A stretch of DNA of 64,000 nt, taken from assembly GCA_900539605.1 (NCBI GenBank), contig UQCS01000001.1:17169-81168 (forward strand), read 5' to 3'. This DNA is from an uncultured Azospirillum sp. (GTDB lineage Bacteria > Pseudomonadota > Alphaproteobacteria > RF32 > CAG-239). The notes beneath the pieces are model-generated. The model saw nothing but the letters and a program-made list of their open reading frames with translations. It ran no database searches and was not told the DNA's origin. Every line of letters begins with the position of its first letter. Within the stretch, counting starts at the first letter, position 1. This document shows positions 59,547 through 64,000 of this stretch, in pieces. The position numbers and the translations under genes are program-made.

Positions 59547-60341
59547 TTGAAAATTGTTTATTGCGGAGACGTGGTCGGACGCGCCGGCAGAGACGCCGTT
59601 TTACATAACCTGTCCTTGATGCGGGAAAAATATAAAGCCGACGTGATTATTGTCAATGTCGAAAATGCGGCTCACGGGTTTGGCGTCACGCCGGGAATCG
59701 CCCGCGAGTTTTTGGAACGCGGCGCCGATCTTTTGACCACCGGCAATCATGTTTGGCAGCAACGCGACATTATCCCTTTTTTGGATGAAAGCAAAAGGAT
59801 CATCCGGCCGCTCAACTATCCCGACAACGCCCCCGGCCGTGGTTTTGCAGAATTTGAGCTTTTGAACGGCAAAAAAATACTGATTACTCAGGTTTTGGGC
59901 CGGGTATTTATGGACAATATCGACAACCCGGCTTTTGCCCTCGACAAATTGCTGCGGAACTACACTTTGGGTCGCAATGTGGCAGCCATATTTGTTGACA
60001 TTCATGCAGAATCGACCTCGGAAAAACTTTCTCTCGGCCATTATCTGGACGGGCGCGTTTCAATTGTGGCCGGCACTCATACGCATATTCCGACCGCCGA
60101 TGCCCATCTCCTCAACGGCGGCACTGCTTATATCACCGACGTCGGTATGTGCGGCAATTATGATTCCGTTCTCGGGTTTGACAAACAGGCACCGATCGAC
60201 CGCCTGTGTCAGCGTTATAACGGCAACCGGCTGGAAGTTTGCCGCAGCGGCGGTTCGGTTTGGGGGATTGTTGTCGAAACCAACGATCGGACCGGGTTGG
60301 CCCAAAGCATTGAACAATTCAGGCTCAACGGAGAAGATTAA
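59547..60341 (+). CDS. YmdB-like metallophosphoesterase (TIGR00282 family)
   Basis: MKIVYCGDVVGRAGR N-terminus; GNHVW; metallophosphatase motifs. Confidence 0.8.
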   Translation: MKIVYCGDVVGRAGRDAVLHNLSLMREKYKADVIIVNVENAAHGFGVTPGIAREFLERGADLLTTGNHVWQQRDIIPFLDESKRIIRPLNYPDNAPGRGFAEFELLNGKKILITQVLGRVFMDNIDNPAFALDKLLRNYTLGRNVAAIFVDIHAESTSEKLSLGHYLDGRVSIVAGTHTHIPTADAHLLNGGTAYITDVGMCGNYDSVLGFDKQAPIDRLCQRYNGNRLEVCRSGGSVWGIVVETNDRTGLAQSIEQFRLNGED

Positions 60342-60775
60342 TGGCGGAAAAAGAATATATCAGTTACGATGAAATTAATGCCGAATGCAAAAAACTGGCT
60401 TATCTTCTGGCCAGCAAAGGTTTCAAACGTATCATTGCCGTTGCCCGCGGCGGTTTGGTACCGGCTTGTATTCTTGCACAGTTTTTGAATATTCGTGAGA
60501 TCAGCAGCATTTCTCTGGCAAGTTATGAAGGAGAGAAACGTTCCGAATTAAAATGTCTGGTACCGCCGAAAATTTGCATTGATGAACAAACTCTGTTTGT
60601 AGACGACCTGTACGATTCCGGCAACACCTACCGCTATTTGAAGGAAAAATATCCTTTGGCCAAAGCAGTGGTTCTGTTCTGTAAAAATCCGACTGCCGTA
60701 CTCGACTTTCCCGCTGCTTTGAAGAAAGCCGAAAAATGGCTGGTCTTTCCATGGGAATTTGATCCTTTGCCCTGA
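60341..60775 (+). CDS. gpt: Xanthine-guanine phosphoribosyltransferase
   Basis: PRPP-binding LFVDDLYDSGNT; about 145 aa, typical of Gpt. Confidence 0.75.
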   Translation: MAEKEYISYDEINAECKKLAYLLASKGFKRIIAVARGGLVPACILAQFLNIREISSISLASYEGEKRSELKCLVPPKICIDEQTLFVDDLYDSGNTYRYLKEKYPLAKAVVLFCKNPTAVLDFPAALKKAEKWLVFPWEFDPLP

Positions 60776-60796
60776 CACTAATCCAGCGCATTGTTG

Positions 60797-60840
60797 TCAG
60801 AACACAAAAAACCTCCCCGATTTTCGGGGAGGTTTTTCTT
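60797..60840. terminator. Bidirectional rho-independent terminator
   Basis: cctccccgattttcggggagg hairpin flanked by A-run and T-run between convergent genes. Confidence 0.55.
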
Positions 60841-60856
60841 TTGTGCCCTTTTTATG

Positions 60857-63280
60857 TTAGAAGGCGTAATTCAACCCCAAACCGACGGCGGTGGCATCAT
60901 AGTCACTGCCGAAGGTATAGTTTGCCCAGCAGTAAGCTGAGAGGCGCTCGTTAAAACCGTAACGGCCGCCGATTTCAATCCGGCCTAATGTGCTGTCATC
61001 ATAGGTACCAAGCTTGTTCAGACCCGTGATACGGACCGTATCATCGCTGGTAAAAGTTTCGATAACGCTTGGTTTTACATAAACTTTAGCCATCTCAAAT
61101 TGCTTTTCCAATTTTACGCCGAACTCAGCTTCAATATGTTTGATGTCTTCCCAGCTATACTTTTTGCCAACATTGTCTTTCGCATCGTCAAAGTTAATTT
61201 GCGTATAGTACAAACCAACACTCGGAGATAAGGTCAGGTCTTGGGACAAGGCAAATGTGTGTCCAAGTTCCACACCCGCGCCAAATTCAACGCCGTCTGT
61301 ATCCAATTTTGCAATACCGTCGTCAGTCTTGGCATTTGCTTGCTGGATACCGCCATAAACAGTGGCAAACAACCAGTTCATATTTTTGTCATAGCGATAG
61401 TACAAACCGGCTAAATAGCTATCGATATCAAGCTCAGAACCGCCGGTCGAGCGCAGGTTCTTAATTTTGCCGTTCAGATCATATTCCCCCTTACGGTAAG
61501 AAGCAAAAACCCCCAATGTATTATGGTCATCGTTTTGAACATCAAATCCGGCCTCAACACCCCAGATATCGGCATCCATTTTAACCGGCTTATCTATTGT
61601 CGCGTTTTCTCCCTGAGCCAACACCCAGATATTGCGAAGCTGTTTGCCGTCCCATTCGGCGGAATACATACCGCAGCCGGGGCAATATTCGCGGCCTGAA
61701 GAAACCTTATTGTTTACATTGCGGACAACGCTTCGGGTCTGTTCAATTGCGGCCTCATGCAAACCAACGCCAACAACAACTTCAGGAGCAACCGGACGGG
61801 CGACAGGTTTAGAGGGCTTGTCTTCGTCAGGTTTATCTTCACCGGGCTTGTTTTCACCGGGCTTGTCTTCACCGGGCTTGTCTTCACCGGAACCATAATC
61901 CGGATTAAGAGTGTCAGTCAAATTCAGATACCAGGTTGAACCTTTGTTTTCGCCTTTGGCATTGACTGCCCCCTCCCATAAATATGGAGAACCTATTACA
62001 CGAGCAACACTGAACGAAGAAAGAGTGCCAACCTCATCATCCGGAGCAAATAAGAACGGCACGATAGCATCATCCTTATTACTCAAAACATCTGGAGTAA
62101 GCGCGTTAACTATAACGCTATAGTTACCAACTACATCTCCTCCAACATGAATTGCACCGGTATGAACAGTATTCGCGACTTGGTCAACTTTGACATCAAC
62201 CTTCAGAATCGGAGACTTTTGAGAATTAGAAGCCACCAACATATTTTGTGTTTGGATGTCGGCATTTATACCAAGGTTAACAACGGAAGAATCCGAGATA
62301 TTAAGATTCGTTACGTCATCTACCAAATTGTTAAATCTAACGACACCTTGACCATCTCCCATAATATGGATATTATAATTAGAGCCTGTTATCCCATCCT
62401 CAAAAGTAACAATACCTTTGTTGGTTGCAGACAAGCTTAAATCAGCATCTTCTATATAAATAGCATTGCTGGTTTGATTATCTTCGGTTCCGACATAGTT
62501 GCCCGAAAACAGACTCTCTCCCTTATCAGCAGAAATCCTTAAATCTGTTTCGCTACAAATGGCTCCGCCGTAATAATCAGCATGATTACCGATAAAAGAA
62601 CTATTGCTAAATTCTTTTACTGCAGCTTCTGAAGATATATATATCGCTCCTCCAAACACACCGCTGTTTTGTGAAAAAGTGCTGCCTTTTATTTCCATAG
62701 TTCCAACATTGGTTCCGATAGCTCCCCCCATATCATTTTTATTATTTTCGAAAACGGAATTCTCTATCGTTTGTTTTATTCCTGCTGATGATCGGTCTTT
62801 AATAAAACCTACCGCACCACCATGCGAAAACATCCCTGAATTATTTTCAAAACGGGAATTTTTTATGACAACATCCCCAAATGCCTGAATTGCGCCAGAC
62901 GCCCCCATCACTTTATTATCTGCAAATGTTACATTTTCTATTTCTAAAGTGGATTTTGGAGAACTATAAAGAGCAGTATTGGTAAAACTTTTAAATGTTA
63001 AATTTTTAAGAGTTAATTTATGATCAAAGACTTTTACTGCAGTTTGTCCATGTCTTTTTTCTGCTTCAAAAACAGCATGATCGTTACTAAATATTTCAAA
63101 ATCTTTATTTATTTTTACAATCTTATTCCACATTATATCTGTAGCAACATCTACAGAAGCAGTTGTAGAATCCTCGGCATATTGTTCAAGTTCATCAATA
63201 GAATTGACCTTTTGCGCCACCGCAGGAAAGCTCAAAAAAGTTCCTGTTAATAATAAGCCTAGCAAGCTGGTTTTATTCAT
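60857..63280 (-). CDS. Autotransporter with Pmp-like (GGA[I/V] + FxxN) passenger repeats and C-terminal beta-barrel
   Basis: Signal peptide; repeated FENN/FSQN + GGAI/GGAV motifs; PGEDK repeat linker; barrel ending ...GLNYAF. Confidence 0.8.
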   Translation of the reverse strand: MNKTSLLGLLLTGTFLSFPAVAQKVNSIDELEQYAEDSTTASVDVATDIMWNKIVKINKDFEIFSNDHAVFEAEKRHGQTAVKVFDHKLTLKNLTFKSFTNTALYSSPKSTLEIENVTFADNKVMGASGAIQAFGDVVIKNSRFENNSGMFSHGGAVGFIKDRSSAGIKQTIENSVFENNKNDMGGAIGTNVGTMEIKGSTFSQNSGVFGGAIYISSEAAVKEFSNSSFIGNHADYYGGAICSETDLRISADKGESLFSGNYVGTEDNQTSNAIYIEDADLSLSATNKGIVTFEDGITGSNYNIHIMGDGQGVVRFNNLVDDVTNLNISDSSVVNLGINADIQTQNMLVASNSQKSPILKVDVKVDQVANTVHTGAIHVGGDVVGNYSVIVNALTPDVLSNKDDAIVPFLFAPDDEVGTLSSFSVARVIGSPYLWEGAVNAKGENKGSTWYLNLTDTLNPDYGSGEDKPGEDKPGENKPGEDKPDEDKPSKPVARPVAPEVVVGVGLHEAAIEQTRSVVRNVNNKVSSGREYCPGCGMYSAEWDGKQLRNIWVLAQGENATIDKPVKMDADIWGVEAGFDVQNDDHNTLGVFASYRKGEYDLNGKIKNLRSTGGSELDIDSYLAGLYYRYDKNMNWLFATVYGGIQQANAKTDDGIAKLDTDGVEFGAGVELGHTFALSQDLTLSPSVGLYYTQINFDDAKDNVGKKYSWEDIKHIEAEFGVKLEKQFEMAKVYVKPSVIETFTSDDTVRITGLNKLGTYDDSTLGRIEIGGRYGFNERLSAYCWANYTFGSDYDATAVGLGLNYAF
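61813..61889. repeat. 15-bp tandem repeat (GGCTTGTCTTCACCG, about 5 copies) encoding the PGEDK pentapeptide repeat
   Basis: Read directly from the sequence. Confidence 0.7.
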
Positions 63281-63436
63281 TATTCATAGTCCTCTTTTGT
63301 CGTTAACATAAATGATCGTTTTTTTTGATACGGCGTTAATAATACATTAATTTGAGTTTAAAATCAATTGAAGTCTTTTGAAATCAACAATTTTATTTAT
63401 TTTGAAAGAAATTATGCACTATCATTTATCTGTATC

Positions 63437-63574
63437 AAAAAAAGGATCGTTTTTTTGCTGCACTTTATTCTCTTTTGATATCTTATGATAACTTGTTGAT
63501 AGCTTTATAAACATATTGCAACAAAGGATTTGTTACTGTAGTATTCAGGCATATCAAAAAAACGATCCTTTTTT
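63437..63574. promoter_or_regulatory. Inverted A7-(G/C)GATC(G/C)-T7 elements flanking a 99-bp promoter-like segment upstream of the autotransporter; a third half-copy at 63310-63327
   Basis: AAAAAAAGGATCGTTTTTTT at 63437-63456 and its reverse complement AAAAAAACGATCCTTTTTT at 63556-63574. Confidence 0.6.
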
Positions 63575-63646
63575 AGCATGGCATCAATTTCCTGTTCTGC
63601 AAAACAGGCATCTCTAATTTTTCTGTTGCTAAAATGTCAATTTTAT

Positions 63647-63982
63647 CTAAGGCAGTTCGTTGGATTTTGCCGAGATTTTACTGTTTTCCGGAATTGGCGT
63701 TCCGATCCCTTTCTTGAGCTGACGGGCCTGCACAAACCCCATCTCACCGTTATCAAGCATAATCCGGTACCATTTTTTATCCGGCGTAAATCCGGTCAGG
63801 CGCACGGTATGTCCCTGCTTCAGCGAAGCCAAAACATCAAATTGCGTCCCCGGTCCGTACATCACTTTGCCGTCCGCCGCCAGATGATAGAGCATTTTGT
63901 GGTCATAAACATCCACCGGAATATCAAAAACTTTTGACACTACAACATCATCAAAGGTTTCGCCGCCATCATTGAACTGCAC
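63647..63982 (-). CDS. SH3b-like domain protein (possibly N-terminally incomplete at window edge)
   Basis: Composition consistent with a bacterial SH3-like fold; weak call. Confidence 0.35.
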   Translation of the reverse strand: MQFNDGGETFDDVVVSKVFDIPVDVYDHKMLYHLAADGKVMYGPGTQFDVLASLKQGHTVRLTGFTPDKKWYRIMLDNGEMGFVQARQLKKGIGTPIPENSKISAKSNELP

Positions 63983-64000
63983 TTTCTGAAAATAGGTAAT

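Noticed and set aside
1-64000. CRISPR array, transposase/IS element, reverse transcriptase/retron
   Set aside because: I scanned for regularly spaced short direct repeats, DDE transposase-like ORFs with terminal inverted repeats, and RT motifs (YxDD). None were found. The only tandem repeats are coding (PGEDK, RTX-like, KA-rich) or regulatory.

Overview
The backbone is alphaproteobacterial, roughly 50% GC, with mostly housekeeping genes: an AsmA-family fragment, an RluA-family pseudouridine synthase, rarA, recX, apaG, rplM-rpsI, a cyclophilin, NUDIX, mutS, a histidine kinase, RNase J, birA, nuoN-nuoM-nuoL, then tRNA-Lys(UUU). A mosaic island of about 22.8 kb (about 22.2-44.96 kb) sits after the tRNA. 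It contains a C-terminal fragment of a large serine recombinase, a DUF4143 AAA ATPase, a P4-like Toprim/RepA-like primase-helicase operon, an AT-rich ParA-like gene, phage-type DNA-modification genes (a C5-MTase whose motifs are split over two overlapping frames, a ParB-N6/N4 MTase fusion, a PAPS-reductase-like PP-loop protein) and a truncated terminase-small-like stub. It also carries an AT-rich defence cassette. In the cassette a Type III Res-like helicase-nuclease is translationally coupled through ATGA overlaps to a DUF3800 protein and a Cys/His-rich 163-aa protein. Downstream are a 45-bp perfect palindrome, a separately promoted Type III Mod plus a coupled 126-aa ORF, and a convergent 956-aa SNF2 helicase. 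The backbone resumes at about 44.96 kb: hypothetical proteins, ArsR/P-type ATPase metal-efflux pair with its operator, Hsp20, ybaK, cysS, gltX, a DUF1013-like protein, rpmE, an OmpA-like protein, suhB, efp, zapA, a candidate 6S RNA, a YmdB-like phosphoesterase, gpt, and a Pmp-like autotransporter with a PGEDK repeat. The main candidate for a new system is the res-DUF3800-X operon with its unusual res-before-mod layout and the SNF2 helicase. No CRISPR array, transposase or reverse transcriptase was seen.
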